Assembly (NCBI GenBank): GCA_937944275.1
Contig: CALDZH010000142.1
Coordinates: 1 to 50,991, forward strand
DNA: 50,991 bases
DNA from: an uncultured Woeseiaceae bacterium
GTDB lineage: Bacteria; Pseudomonadota; Gammaproteobacteria; Steroidobacterales; Woeseiaceae
Direction of reading: 5' to 3'
The translations under genes were made by a program, and so were the position numbers. Of the stretch, positions 1 to 9,924 are shown piece by piece (position 1 is the stretch's first letter; each line of letters opens with the position of its first letter). The notes below the pieces were generated by a model. That model was not told the DNA's origin and did not search any database. It saw only the letters and a program-made list of their open reading frames with translations.

Positions 1-1374
1 GAACACGGTCATGCCCAGGCTTGCGTAGGTCTTTTCAGTGCCCGCGAGGTTTTGCCGGTAACCGAGTCGCAGTCCAGGGATCCACTGATTCCTGGTTTCA
101 TATCCGGCACTTACTGTCAGCCATTGGTAGTCGTTTCCAAGCGGGTCCGTCGCCGAGTTCGCATCAACTCCAAGATGCCCGGACCAACGCCGATCGCTCG
201 AGTACAGCGACGCTTCCAGCTTTAGTTGCCGTTCCATCGTGTAGATTCGGTCTTGACGAATACGACGGATGATATCTTCGTCTCTGTAGGGCGCGATGTT
301 AACGCTGGGGAACTGGAATTCGGGCTGGTTGAGACTTGTGAGCTGCGCGCCGAGCTGGTAATTATCGCTGACCCAAAGTGCCCCTATATCCACGCTGACC
401 CGCGTATCACTCTCGAAATTTGCGTCCCGGATATAGTCGAATAACGATTCCGAGTCCGTAATATCACCAAAGCGAACGGTAAGTCTCGACATCTGCATGT
501 TGTGCAGATGGGCCTCAGCACCGAGGTACAGCGTGCCGGCACCATTCGACCAGGCGGTGCGACTGTAGCCGGTAGACAACGTGCTGAGCTGAGTAGATTT
601 GAAGGCGATTGAGCTGTCATTCTGCAGATTGAACGATACTCTACCGACAGCATCGATCAGCAATTGCACCTGACCGCCTACCTGTAGCAAATTCGGTCGA
701 TTGGCAACCTCAGTGTCAAACCAGTTTTGAATTGCCGCACGTGCGGTTTCTCTAGCGAGATTAATTGGCTGAACGAGTCCGAATGCCCGTGACGTGCCTG
801 ACCAGCCAAGCTGCATCGTCCAGGCACCGCCCCAGCGAGGTTTCGCGAATAGGATTGGCGCGTCGGCCGCGAACCAGGCTTTGCCATAGCCTTCGGCTTT
901 AATCAACGCCAGGATAGCCGCTTGCCGAGTTGCTTCTTCCACGATCGCATCGAGCTCATCCTGGATGTCCGGGCTGAGCTGGTCCCATATTTCACCAAGG
1001 TCGATCCCGAAGGGAGGCTTTGTTTCAGGCAATTGCCCTGGAGCGTCGATTTCGATATCCGGGTCACTTTTCTTAAAGGCCTGGCTGACTTCATCGTAGA
1101 AATCCCAGATCTCCTGAATGTTGCCGTACTCCAGGCCGGCGGCCCCGGATAGGATAGCTCCCGACTGGGAATCATTACCCTGTCGGGCCAGGTCGGCGGC
1201 GGCCGCCGCCGGGTTTGTCGAAGCAGACTGCGCGCGCATGCCATGTGTCACGTCCCCAAAAGTCAGGTTCGCGCCGGGTGGCTGGAACAGTGTCTGCGCC
1301 GACCCGGTGCTTGCCGCCAGTATCATGACGATCGCGGCTAAAGGCGCAAGTCGTTTTTGCAAATAATCCATCAT
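1..1374 (-). CDS. Secreted / outer-membrane protein, possibly TraF_2-like beta-barrel; C-terminus at or just beyond the window edge
   Basis: I checked every triplet: the minus-strand frame is stop-free from ATG 1374-1372 to base 1. It is missing from the ORF track because no stop lies inside the window. The N-terminus MMDYLQKRLAPLAAIVMILAASTGSAQ is a signal peptide. The last in-window residues, ...YASLGMTVF, end in an aromatic residue like OMP barrels. The family name is from memory only. Confidence 0.6.
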   Translation of the reverse strand, partial: MMDYLQKRLAPLAAIVMILAASTGSAQTLFQPPGANLTFGDVTHGMRAQSASTNPAAAAADLARQGNDSQSGAILSGAAGLEYGNIQEIWDFYDEVSQAFKKSDPDIEIDAPGQLPETKPPFGIDLGEIWDQLSPDIQDELDAIVEEATRQAAILALIKAEGYGKAWFAADAPILFAKPRWGGAWTMQLGWSGTSRAFGLVQPINLARETARAAIQNWFDTEVANRPNLLQVGGQVQLLIDAVGRVSFNLQNDSSIAFKSTQLSTLSTGYSRTAWSNGAGTLYLGAEAHLHNMQMSRLTVRFGDITDSESLFDYIRDANFESDTRVSVDIGALWVSDNYQLGAQLTSLNQPEFQFPSVNIAPYRDEDIIRRIRQDRIYTMERQLKLEASLYSSDRRWSGHLGVDANSATDPLGNDYQWLTVSAGYETRNQWIPGLRLGYRQNLAGTEKTYASLGMTVF

Positions 1375-1472
1375 AGATCGAGATTGTGCCGCAGATGCAG
1401 GTGGCATCCTAGATTTTTTTAGCAAGATTTTCAGAGCAAAATTCGACATACACGGCTGACAACAGTCGGCTC

Positions 1473-2069
1473 CTATGTCCGTTGCAGCAACACATAGACC
1501 GCACCTGTTCCCCCATCGACCTGACGCGTCGACACGAACGCAAGCACACAATCCCACTTCCTGAGCCAGCGGTTGACGGCATTCTTCAAAACCGGTCCGC
1601 GATCCCCAGAGCCGAGTCCTTTGCCGTGTACAACACGAACGCAATATTTTCCCTGCGACGCACTGTAGTTGATGAAGTCGGCTAGCCTCGGTCTTGCTTC
1701 GTCGACCGTCATGCCGTGCAGGTCAATCTCTGCCTGGACGCTGTAGCCGCCGCGTTGCAGTTTTCGCATCGTTCGTTTGCCCACGTGCTGGCGATGGAAG
1801 CGCAGGGCGGCGCCATAGCCGTGCTCGATAGTATCGATGTCATCTTCGAGGCTTTCGGCCAACACCTGCCGCTCGTCGGCTTTCGAGAACTTCGCCTTGG
1901 GTTTCGGTTTTGGCCTGGTCTCAGGCACGCGCGCGTCGCTTCTGAGCGGCTTGATGCCGCGCATAGCATTGAGAAACTCGTCAGGGTCCTTGTCGTTACT
2001 CACGGTGGTGTCTTTGAGGCTATGGTGTACGCTAAACAATCGGTATAGTGAGCGCGTCTTCAACGCCAA
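1473..2069 (-). CDS. Smr domain-containing protein (SmrA/YdaL-like endonuclease)
   Basis: 198-aa ORF with a C-terminal Smr domain ([15 protein letters not shown]...[11 protein letters not shown]...[11 protein letters not shown]). Divergent from surE. Confidence 0.8.
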   Translation of the reverse strand: MALKTRSLYRLFSVHHSLKDTTVSNDKDPDEFLNAMRGIKPLRSDARVPETRPKPKPKAKFSKADERQVLAESLEDDIDTIEHGYGAALRFHRQHVGKRTMRKLQRGGYSVQAEIDLHGMTVDEARPRLADFINYSASQGKYCVRVVHGKGLGSGDRGPVLKNAVNRWLRKWDCVLAFVSTRQVDGGTGAVYVLLQRT

Positions 2070-2096
2070 TCAAGGCTCCGCGCGTCAGTCACAAGA

Positions 2097-2855
2097 ATGA
2101 AAATCCTCGTAAGTAACGACGACGGGTATCTCGCCACGGGTATCAACACGCTGACCGACGCTCTGGAGGAGGTCGCTGACGTGGTGGTAGTCGCGCCGGA
2201 TCGCAATCGATCTGCCGCGAGTAACTCGCTGACGCTGGCAACGCCGCTGCGTGTGACGCAAGTGGCTGAGAACCGTTATAAGGTTGACGGCACTCCGTCG
2301 GACTGCGTTCATCTCGCTTTAACCGGATTTCTTGATTACGAACCCGATCTCGTTGTTTCCGGCATCAATCATGGTGCTAACCTCGGTGATGACGTCATCT
2401 ATTCAGGCACCGTTGCGGCGGCGATGGAAGGCCGCTTCCTGGGATTTCCAACGATAGCCGTCTCACTGGTCGGCCGGACGCTGGTTGGGGCTAAATTGCA
2501 GCATTTTGATACCGCGGCGCGTGTAGCCGTGGAACTCGTCCAAAAGCTCGCGCGCCTTAGCCTGCCGTCCGATACGGTCCTCAACGTCAATGTACCGGAT
2601 AGACCCTATGACGACCTGACCGGCATCAGGGCGACGCGACTCGGGTTCCGGCACAAATCCGAGGAGATCCTCAAGGATAAAGACCCGTATGGCCGCCCGA
2701 TCTACTGGGTTGGACCGGCAGGCGAGAGTCAGGATGCCGGCGAGGGCACCGATTTTTACGCGATCGAGCAGGGTGCAGCCGCCGTTACTCCGCTCAAGGT
2801 TGATCTGACTCGGCACGAGGCCGTTGCCGGTATAGCGGACTGGTTGAAGCGATGA
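2097..2855 (+). CDS. surE: 5'/3'-nucleotidase SurE
   Basis: N-terminal [10 protein letters not shown] signature, 252 aa, surE-pcm-nlpD-rpoS synteny. Confidence 0.95.
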   Translation: MKILVSNDDGYLATGINTLTDALEEVADVVVVAPDRNRSAASNSLTLATPLRVTQVAENRYKVDGTPSDCVHLALTGFLDYEPDLVVSGINHGANLGDDVIYSGTVAAAMEGRFLGFPTIAVSLVGRTLVGAKLQHFDTAARVAVELVQKLARLSLPSDTVLNVNVPDRPYDDLTGIRATRLGFRHKSEEILKDKDPYGRPIYWVGPAGESQDAGEGTDFYAIEQGAAAVTPLKVDLTRHEAVAGIADWLKR

Positions 2856-2878
2856 TCGATGCTCGTCAGGGTATAGGC

Positions 2879-3508
2879 ATGACATCGCGCCGTACGCGCG
2901 ATCGCCTGGTACAGAGGCTCATCGACCAGGGAATCCAAAACGGAGCGGTTCTGGAGCAGATTCGCAACGTGCCGCGGCACCTGTTTGTGGATGAGGCGCT
3001 GGCAAGCCGGGCTTACGAAGATACGGCGTTACCGATCGGCCTGGGCCAGACGATAAGCCAGCCGTATGTTGTCGCCCGCATGACCGAGGCGTTGCTGGAT
3101 GGCTTTGAGGGGGAAACGGTCCTCGAAATCGGCACGGGCTGTGGATACCAGACCGCTGTCTTGTCGCCGCTCGTAAAGAAGGTCTATACGGTTGAACGTA
3201 TCCCGGAACTGCTTCGCAAGACCAAACAGAGGCTTCGGGACCTCGATATCTATAATGTCCAGTTCAAGCCGGGCGATGGCTGGGAGGGCTGGCCGAAGTA
3301 TGGCCCCTATGACGGCATCATTGTGACAGCCGCACCCAGTGAATTACCCGAAAAGCTCCTGCAGCAGTTGGCGCCTGGCGGACGGTTGGTCATTCCGGTG
3401 GGACCACCTGGCATTCAGGACCTGGTGAAAATCACCAAGCGAAACGATCACTTCGAGCAGGTATCACTAGGAGCGGTCAGTTTTGTTCCCTTGGTCAAGG
3501 GTAAATAG
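2879..3508 (+). CDS. pcm: Protein-L-isoaspartate O-methyltransferase
   Basis: AdoMet motif [14 protein letters not shown]. The N-terminus [14 protein letters not shown] resembles Pseudomonas Pcm. ATG 2852, which overlaps the surE stop (ATGA), is an alternative start. Confidence 0.92.
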   Translation: MTSRRTRDRLVQRLIDQGIQNGAVLEQIRNVPRHLFVDEALASRAYEDTALPIGLGQTISQPYVVARMTEALLDGFEGETVLEIGTGCGYQTAVLSPLVKKVYTVERIPELLRKTKQRLRDLDIYNVQFKPGDGWEGWPKYGPYDGIIVTAAPSELPEKLLQQLAPGGRLVIPVGPPGIQDLVKITKRNDHFEQVSLGAVSFVPLVKGK

Positions 3509-3555
3509 AGTATATTTTTCAGTATGATATTTAATTGTTTAAAAGTGGTTTCTGC

Positions 3556-4140
3556 ATGACTTTGTTTCGCCCTTTGTACGACCTGGTCCTCAAATGGTCG
3601 CGCCATCCGCACGCCGAGCGCTACCTCGGCGCGATGAGTTTTGCCGAATCCTCGTTTTTCCCAATTCCCGTGGACGTCATGCTTGCGCCCATGTGTCTGG
3701 CCAAAAGGGAGCGCTGGATACGGTTTGCGTTTATTGCGACGGTGTTTTCGGTGCTGGGTGGTTTGGGCGGCTACGCGATCGGTTGGGGCATGTTTGAAGC
3801 TATCGAGCCATGGTTGCGTGAGTCTCACTACTGGGACGCCTACTTGACGGCCCGTCAGTGGTTTGATGACTACGGTGTCTGGGTCGTGTTCGTGGCGGGG
3901 TTCTCGCCGATTCCATACAAAGTCTTCACGATCGCTGCCGGCGTTGCAGCGCTGAACCTGCCGGGATTCTTCCTGGGTTCGCTGATTGGCCGTTCTGCCC
4001 GCTTTTTCCTCGTCGCTGGCCTCGTACGACTCGGCGGTGAGCGCTTTGAAAGCTCGCTTTCGAAGCACATCGAGCGCATCGGCTGGGCCGTGGTCGCTAT
4101 CTCGGCGGTCGTTATCGCGTGGCTTATGATGCGGGGCTAA
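3556..4140 (+). CDS. YqaA/DedA-family inner-membrane protein
   Basis: Multi-TM ORF with a DedA/SNARE-associated-type core ([17 protein letters not shown]...[15 protein letters not shown]). ATG 3556 is preferred over TTG 3535. Confidence 0.75.
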   Translation: MTLFRPLYDLVLKWSRHPHAERYLGAMSFAESSFFPIPVDVMLAPMCLAKRERWIRFAFIATVFSVLGGLGGYAIGWGMFEAIEPWLRESHYWDAYLTARQWFDDYGVWVVFVAGFSPIPYKVFTIAAGVAALNLPGFFLGSLIGRSARFFLVAGLVRLGGERFESSLSKHIERIGWAVVAISAVVIAWLMMRG

Positions 4141-4826
4141 TGACGTCGCGCGTATTTATCGTACTTTTGCTCTCATTGGTGCTTACCGCCTGCGGGAGTG
4201 CGCCAAGCTGGCAGGAGCGGCAGGAAGTTCATATTGTGCGTAAAGGCGAGACACTGTTTTCGATTGCTTCCCGATATGACAGGCGACCGAGTGACCTTGC
4301 GCGCTGGAACCGTTTAGGTGACGGGTCCCTGATTTATCCCGGCCAGGTTCTGCGAATCTCCGGACCCAACGGCACGAGTACGCGTTCGACCGGCAATTCC
4401 GGGACGACGTCGAAACCTTCGACGCGTCCTCTGCCTTCAATTCCGGCGCAACCTTCGCCAAAGTGGGACTGGCCGACCAACGGGCGTATCAATGTCGAAT
4501 TCGGCGCAAAACCGGGGCCCGGGACGGGCATTCTCATCAATGGCAAGATCGGTCAGCCCATAATTGCTGCGGCCTCAGGCCGCGTCGTCTATGCGGGGAG
4601 TGGACTGATTGGATATGGCCAGCTTATTATCCTCAAGCACAACGACACCTACCTGAGTACCTACGGGTACACGGCGTCGCTGCTGGTCAAAGAAGGCGAA
4701 GAAGTAAAAAAAGGCCAGCGCATCGCGACCATGGGTGAGGGGCCGGAACGCAAGCCGCGACTGCATTTCGAGATCAGGCGCAACGGAGAGCCGGTTAATC
4801 CGCGACGATATCTGCCAGCGAGATAG
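4140..4826 (+). CDS. nlpD: Murein hydrolase activator NlpD (LysM + M23 peptidase lipoprotein)
   Basis: Lipobox LTAC, LysM segment ([16 protein letters not shown]), S/T/P-rich linker and M23 domain. It lies directly upstream of rpoS. The start ATG 4140 overlaps the yqaA stop (TAATG); ATG 4119 is an alternative. Confidence 0.9.
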   Translation: MTSRVFIVLLLSLVLTACGSAPSWQERQEVHIVRKGETLFSIASRYDRRPSDLARWNRLGDGSLIYPGQVLRISGPNGTSTRSTGNSGTTSKPSTRPLPSIPAQPSPKWDWPTNGRINVEFGAKPGPGTGILINGKIGQPIIAAASGRVVYAGSGLIGYGQLIILKHNDTYLSTYGYTASLLVKEGEEVKKGQRIATMGEGPERKPRLHFEIRRNGEPVNPRRYLPAR

Positions 4827-4871
4827 CCTGCCGACCTTAGCAGTCGCCCCTTTCTTCAAGGGGAGGAAGTT

Positions 4872-5708
4872 TTGGGACAGTTGCTGGATCCAATACAACG
4901 ATACCTCGACGAGATAGGTATCTCGCCGCTGCTCACGGCGGAAGAAGAAAAAAAATACTCGCGCCGTGCCTTGCGCGGGGATGAAGAGGCGCGCCAGCGC
5001 ATGATCGAGAGCAACCTCAGGCTGGTCGTCAAGATTGCGCGCCGCTATATCAACCGTGGCTTGCCGTTTCTCGATCTCATCGAGGAAGGCAACCTCGGTC
5101 TGATTCATGCCGTGAAGAAATTCGATCCGGAACGCGGTTTTCGTTTTTCGACGTATGCGACCTGGTGGATACGACAGAACATCGAGCGTGCCATCATGAA
5201 CCAGTCACGTACGGTACGTCTGCCTATACACATTATCAAAGACATCAATTCCTGCCTGCGCGCGATGCGCCGCTTGCGGCAAAAGGTCGATGGCACGCCG
5301 ACAATGCAGGAACTGGCAGATCATCTGGAGCGTGATGTCGCGGATGTGGAGCGACTCATGGCATTGCACGAACGTGTCACATTGCGAGCCAACGGTCGTC
5401 ACGAAGACGGTGACGGCCCTGTTGATCGCTTGCATGCGAAGCGGTCTGCCGAGCCATTCCGGTGTGCGCAGCAAAACGATGTAAACGACATCGTCGATCA
5501 TTGGGTGTGCGAACTGAACGAGAAACAGCGCGAAGTTGTTGAGCGCCGCTTCGGCTTGCACGGGCACCGGCGAGCGACGCTCGAGCAAATTGGCGAGGAA
5601 ATTGGTGTAACGCGGGAGCGTGTGCGGCAGATACAGCTGGATGCGCTGAAAAACCTGAGGAAGATGCTCGAAAGCCACGGCATCTCCGGGGACTTGCTTC
5701 TCGATTAG
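4872..5708 (+). CDS. rpoS: RNA polymerase sigma factor RpoS (short form, no acidic N-terminal extension)
   Basis: Regions 1.2-4 are close to E. coli RpoS (LYLxEIG..SPLLTAEEE, RMIESNLRLVVKIARRY, FSTYATWWIRQ, RLPIHI). TTG start, with GGGGAGGAAG at 4860-4869 as the SD. An in-frame stop at 4824-4826 prevents a longer N-terminus. Confidence 0.9.
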   Translation: MGQLLDPIQRYLDEIGISPLLTAEEEKKYSRRALRGDEEARQRMIESNLRLVVKIARRYINRGLPFLDLIEEGNLGLIHAVKKFDPERGFRFSTYATWWIRQNIERAIMNQSRTVRLPIHIIKDINSCLRAMRRLRQKVDGTPTMQELADHLERDVADVERLMALHERVTLRANGRHEDGDGPVDRLHAKRSAEPFRCAQQNDVNDIVDHWVCELNEKQREVVERRFGLHGHRRATLEQIGEEIGVTRERVRQIQLDALKNLRKMLESHGISGDLLLD

Positions 5709-6097
5709 AGATAGAGGACCGCTGCCACCCGGCGACTCTCGTTGGCAAGGACGTTAAAGGTTCGAGCTGCAGCCGCAGTGTCCATCACCTCCAGGCCTAC
5801 GCCGTTACGAGCGAATGCGAAAGTCAACTCGCGCGGCGGGAATACGTTCGATGACCCGGTTCCAAGCAAAACGATTTCGGGCTTGGCCTCGAATATTTCG
5901 GCGAAGTCCGCGATAGTCAGCGCCGCGATGGGTGTGCTGGGCCAATCGCCGAGAATATCTTTGGGCGTCAGCGCGACGGAATTCGAATACTCTTCATCAT
6001 TGATCCGAATCGCGGTGTCGGAAACACTGCGGATCACCAGTTTGGCAAATAATTCTCTTGTGAATTTCACTACTGCATCCCGTACCATCGACGCCAT
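5705..6097 (-). CDS. Mth938-like (DUF498) domain protein
   Basis: 130-aa ORF with the typical core ...PEIVLLGTGSSNVFPPREL...GVGLEVMDTAAAARTFNVLANESRRVAAVL. Its stop overlaps the rpoS stop (convergent). Confidence 0.7.
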   Translation of the reverse strand: MASMVRDAVVKFTRELFAKLVIRSVSDTAIRINDEEYSNSVALTPKDILGDWPSTPIAALTIADFAEIFEAKPEIVLLGTGSSNVFPPRELTFAFARNGVGLEVMDTAAAARTFNVLANESRRVAAVLYL

Positions 6098-6100
6098 ATC

Positions 6101-7060
6101 GTGAAAGCATCATATGATAAAAATTCAGCCGTCGTCGTGTTGCCGCCGGTTCGCGGCGGGCGCCTTGGAGACAAATCGCTCCGCGCGTGGCTGGCGCAGT
6201 CTGATCTGTCTGTCGATAACGAGCCGCGCGAACTGCTGGCGTCAATCGTTGATGAGCTGGGTTTGCCATGTCCGGATGAGGGCCTCGCCGCACTGCGCAT
6301 GTGGGGCCAGACGGGCGACCGCCCAACCGTGTGGATTGCTGCAGCGGATCCCGTTTACCTCGAGCCTCGTCTTGATCATTTGTGCCTGCACGCGCTGCAA
6401 CGCGCAGGTATTCCGGCATCTGATCTGAGGCCGCTGTTTGATCACCTGCAATCCACGCTGGCGAGTGACAAGTGCTTTGGATTTGCCAGGCTTGGCCAAT
6501 ATGGCTATTTGCGAGCAGAGGCAGGCATCTCTACAGCATCGGTGCCGGCATACGTAGTTGATCAGCGTGAACCGGGCGAATTTCTGCCCAGCGGCGAACA
6601 CACGGTTTCGCATCGAAATATCCTCAGCGAAATCGAAATGGCCCTGCATGAACACGAGGTCAACGAGCGGAGACTGGCGGAGGGCAAACCGCCCGTTAAT
6701 TCACTTTGGTTATGGGGAGGAGGCCTGGCGCCTGAGAAGGTAACCCGGCCGCAGCCACCCGCGTTTACCGATGATCCACTCCTTCTCGGTTATTGGGAAA
6801 GTGCTACGGCCGTGGCTGATCTGTGGCCCGGAAACTTCGAGGCGTGTGCGGAAGCGTCGTTGCACGGTTTTGTGGCGGTCACGCCCGAGCTCGACAATCA
6901 CCCCGATCATTTGCATGACTACCTGGACGAATTGCGGGGACTGTTGCGTTCCAGGCGTGTCAGCCGTCTGATCCTGCTGTTTCGCGATGGCCTGCGGGCA
7001 GAAGTCAGGCGGTCGCACACGATCAAGTTCTGGCGACGCGACAGTGAGTTGCTGGACTGA
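6101..7060 (+). CDS. Conserved hypothetical protein, RpfE-type / COG4255-like
   Basis: 319-aa ORF with the PPVNSLWLWGGG motif I associate with RpfE-type proteins. It sits upstream of recJ-prfB-lysS, as I recall for Xanthomonas. GTG start; the true start is uncertain. Confidence 0.55.
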   Translation: MKASYDKNSAVVVLPPVRGGRLGDKSLRAWLAQSDLSVDNEPRELLASIVDELGLPCPDEGLAALRMWGQTGDRPTVWIAAADPVYLEPRLDHLCLHALQRAGIPASDLRPLFDHLQSTLASDKCFGFARLGQYGYLRAEAGISTASVPAYVVDQREPGEFLPSGEHTVSHRNILSEIEMALHEHEVNERRLAEGKPPVNSLWLWGGGLAPEKVTRPQPPAFTDDPLLLGYWESATAVADLWPGNFEACAEASLHGFVAVTPELDNHPDHLHDYLDELRGLLRSRRVSRLILLFRDGLRAEVRRSHTIKFWRRDSELLD

Positions 7061-7062
7061 CC

Positions 7063-8781
7063 ATGAGTGACTCAAGGCCCATCATCTCGCGGCCCATGCC
7101 AAGCAAAGATGCCGTTGCGGCGTTTACTGGAATCGATCCGTTGCATGCCCGATTGTTTGCCATGCGTGGACTGACCGAGCCCGGACAACTCGATTATGGT
7201 CTCGCCAGACTCGCGCCCATCGGTGCGCTCGAAAACGTTGATGCAGCGGCCGAATTGCTTATCGCCCATCGCAGCAGGAAAATTATAGTGGTTGGTGATT
7301 TCGATGTTGACGGTGCGACAAGCACGGCGCTAGTTCTGCGCTGTCTACGAGCATACGGCTTTGATGACGTCGAATATCTTGTTCCGAATCGCTTTGACTA
7401 CGGCTATGGCCTTTCGCCGGAAATCGTGCGCGTGGCCGCACAGAAGTCGCCGGCATTACTGATGACGGTCGATAACGGAGTCTCGAGCGTTTCTGGTGTT
7501 GCCGAGGCAAACAATTTGGGTATTTCCGTGATTGTTACGGACCATCACTTACCTGGTAATGAACTCCCTGATGCAGCGGTGATAGTCAATCCGAACCTCG
7601 AAGGCAGCCAGTTTCCAAGCCGTAATCTGGCCGGCATCGGCGTTGCGTTCTACCTGATGGCGCGTGTCGGGCGCATGCTGCAGGAACAGGGTGTGGAAGG
7701 CGCTGCAAAGATACCCGCAAAGTACCTCGATCTCGTTGCCTTGGGGACGGTTGCTGATGTTGTGCCACTTGATCACAACAACCGAATACTGGTGCAGCAG
7801 GGTTTGCTGCGTATTCGCGCGGGACAATCCGTCGCAGGAATCGAAGCGCTGCTTAAGCTTTCGGGGCGGCAGCCTGCGCGGTGCGTCAGCACCGATCTTG
7901 GCTTCGCCGTCGGCCCGCGGATCAATGCGGCGGGGAGACTGGAAGATATTTCGGTTGGCATCGAATGCCTGCTGACCGATGACTTCGACGTGGCGATGAA
8001 CTGCGCAAGCAAGCTCGATCGCATTAACAGCGAGCGCCGTGACATCGAGGCCACGATGCGTGAACAGGCGTTTGCCTATGTCGATTCGCTGGGGGCGCAA
8101 CGCTGGCCCGAGTGCGTATGCGTTTACAACAGCGAATGGCATCAGGGTGTAGTAGGGCTGATTGCCGCTCGCGTGCGAGAACGCTGCCACCGGCCCGTTG
8201 TTGCGTTTGCGCGCGAAAGTGACGAGCTTCTGAAGGGCTCGGCTCGATCTATCCAGGGCGTACATATTCGGGACCTTCTCGAGGCAGTACACGCAGTTCG
8301 GCCGGACTTGATCGTCAAGTTCGGCGGCCATGCAATGGCGGCGGGTCTGTCAATTGAAAAGAGGGTGCTTGACGAGTTCAAGCAGGTCGCTGCGGAACAG
8401 ATGCGGCGGCTTTATCCTCATGCCGATTTCAGCGGTGCCATTGTCACGGACGGTCAGCTGCCGGGCGATGCGATCAATCTCGGGTTTGCGCGTTCGCTGC
8501 GGGATGCAGGTCCCTGGGGTTCGGGTTTCCCGGAGCCGACCTGGAGCGGCGATTTTTCGGTCGTTGAGCAACGCGTCGTTGGTGAGAACCATCTCAAACT
8601 CAGGGTGCGTCCGGCAGGTGGTGGCAAGATCGTGGATGCGATTGCGTTCAACCAGGCGGGTCCGGCGTATCGCGGCAACGTGCAGCTTGCATTTCGTCTT
8701 GACGTTAATGAATATCGCGGCATTGAAAACCCACAACTTGTCGTCGAGCAAATTGCTTCCTTACAGGGCAGCAGTGCGTGA
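7063..8781 (+). CDS. recJ: Single-stranded-DNA-specific exonuclease RecJ
   Basis: DHH-family motifs (VGDFDVDGATS, TVDNG, VTDHH) and a DHHA1 region (GGHAMAAG). 572 aa. Confidence 0.95.
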   Translation: MSDSRPIISRPMPSKDAVAAFTGIDPLHARLFAMRGLTEPGQLDYGLARLAPIGALENVDAAAELLIAHRSRKIIVVGDFDVDGATSTALVLRCLRAYGFDDVEYLVPNRFDYGYGLSPEIVRVAAQKSPALLMTVDNGVSSVSGVAEANNLGISVIVTDHHLPGNELPDAAVIVNPNLEGSQFPSRNLAGIGVAFYLMARVGRMLQEQGVEGAAKIPAKYLDLVALGTVADVVPLDHNNRILVQQGLLRIRAGQSVAGIEALLKLSGRQPARCVSTDLGFAVGPRINAAGRLEDISVGIECLLTDDFDVAMNCASKLDRINSERRDIEATMREQAFAYVDSLGAQRWPECVCVYNSEWHQGVVGLIAARVRERCHRPVVAFARESDELLKGSARSIQGVHIRDLLEAVHAVRPDLIVKFGGHAMAAGLSIEKRVLDEFKQVAAEQMRRLYPHADFSGAIVTDGQLPGDAINLGFARSLRDAGPWGSGFPEPTWSGDFSVVEQRVVGENHLKLRVRPAGGGKIVDAIAFNQAGPAYRGNVQLAFRLDVNEYRGIENPQLVVEQIASLQGSSA

Positions 8782-8823
8782 TAAGATCGCGCCTTTTCCG
8801 CCTCCGGACACCGCGCAAATCTC

Positions 8824-9919
8824 ATGGAAACCAGCCAAATTAAACATACGATAACCGATCTCGCCGAACGCTCTGATGCGTTGAGGAGGTATCTTTGACT
8901 ATGATGGCAAGGCGGAGCGCCTGACCGAGGTCCAGCGCGAACTCGAACAACCTGATGTCTGGAACGAACCGGACCGCGCACAGGCGTTGGGGCAGGAGCG
9001 GGCAAAGCTTGAACAGGTTGTCGCCGGACTCGATAAAATTACGATCGGCCTTGCCGATGCCGGCGAACTTCTCGAAATGGCCATCGAAGAAGACGATGCC
9101 GACACTATTGCCGAGGTCGTCAACGACCTTGCCGGACATGAAAAGGTCGTCGCGGGCCTGGAATTTCGCCGCATGTTTTCCGGCGAGATGGATCCCAATA
9201 ATGCCTATGTCGATATCCAGTCGGGCGCCGGCGGGACCGAGGCGCAGGACTGGTGCGAAATGTTATTACGCATGTACCTGCGGTGGGCTGAGGCGCGCGG
9301 TTTCAAGGCTGAGGTCATCGAGGCATCGGCCGGTGAGGTTGCGGGTGTCAAGAGCGCAACTATTTACATCGTAGGCGAGTACGCCTACGGCTGGTTACGA
9401 ACGGAGACGGGCGTGCATCGACTGGTGCGCAAATCGCCATTCGATTCGGGCAATCGGCGACATACGTCGTTCGGATCGGTGTTTGTGTCGCCCGAGGTCG
9501 ACGACAATATCGATATCGAGATAGACCCATCCGATTTGCGCATCGACGTCTACCGAGCCAGTGGTGCCGGTGGGCAGCACGTCAACCGGACCGAATCTGC
9601 AGTGCGCATTACGCACCTGCCAACCAATGTCGTCGTGCAATGCCAGAACGATCGGTCGCAACACAAGAACAAGGCGACGGCAATGAAACAGCTAAAGGCC
9701 AAGCTCTATGAACTGGAGCTGCAGGAACGGCGCTCTGCTGCGGCCGAGGTGGAAGAGGGCAAGGCCGATGTGGGTTGGGGTAGCCAGATTCGCAACTATG
9801 TGCTCGACCAGAGTCGCATCAAGGATTTGCGCACCGGTGTCGAAACCGGTAACACTCAGGCCGTACTCGATGGCGGCCTCGACGCATTTATCGAAGCGAG
9901 CCTGAAACAGGGACTGTAA
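8824..9919 (+). CDS. prfB: Peptide chain release factor 2 (requires +1 frameshift: 8824..8895 joined to 8897..9919)
   Basis: A 24-codon leader ([24 protein letters not shown]) ends at an in-frame TGA. The +1 frame continues as DYDGKAERL... through the SPF and GGQ motifs. Confidence 0.95.
8884..8899 (+). promoter_or_regulatory. RF2 programmed +1 frameshift site (internal SD + CTT TGA C)
   Basis: The sequence AGGAGG TAT CTT TGA C matches the canonical RF2 recoding cassette. Confidence 0.9.
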
Positions 9920-9924
9920 GCAAC

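Noticed and set aside
384-1244. Three short minus-strand ORFs in the track (384..653, 678..887, 903..1244) that could look like a frameshifted pseudogene.
   Set aside because: They are in the wrong frames. A single uninterrupted frame (plus-strand triplets starting at base 1) spans the whole region, so there is no evidence of gene decay.
4948-4955. An A8 homopolymer run inside rpoS (codons EEEKK) as a possible slipped-strand phase-variation switch.
   Set aside because: The run is short for a contingency locus and is explained by the conserved TAEEE(K/V) protein segment. A single sequence gives no evidence of length variation.
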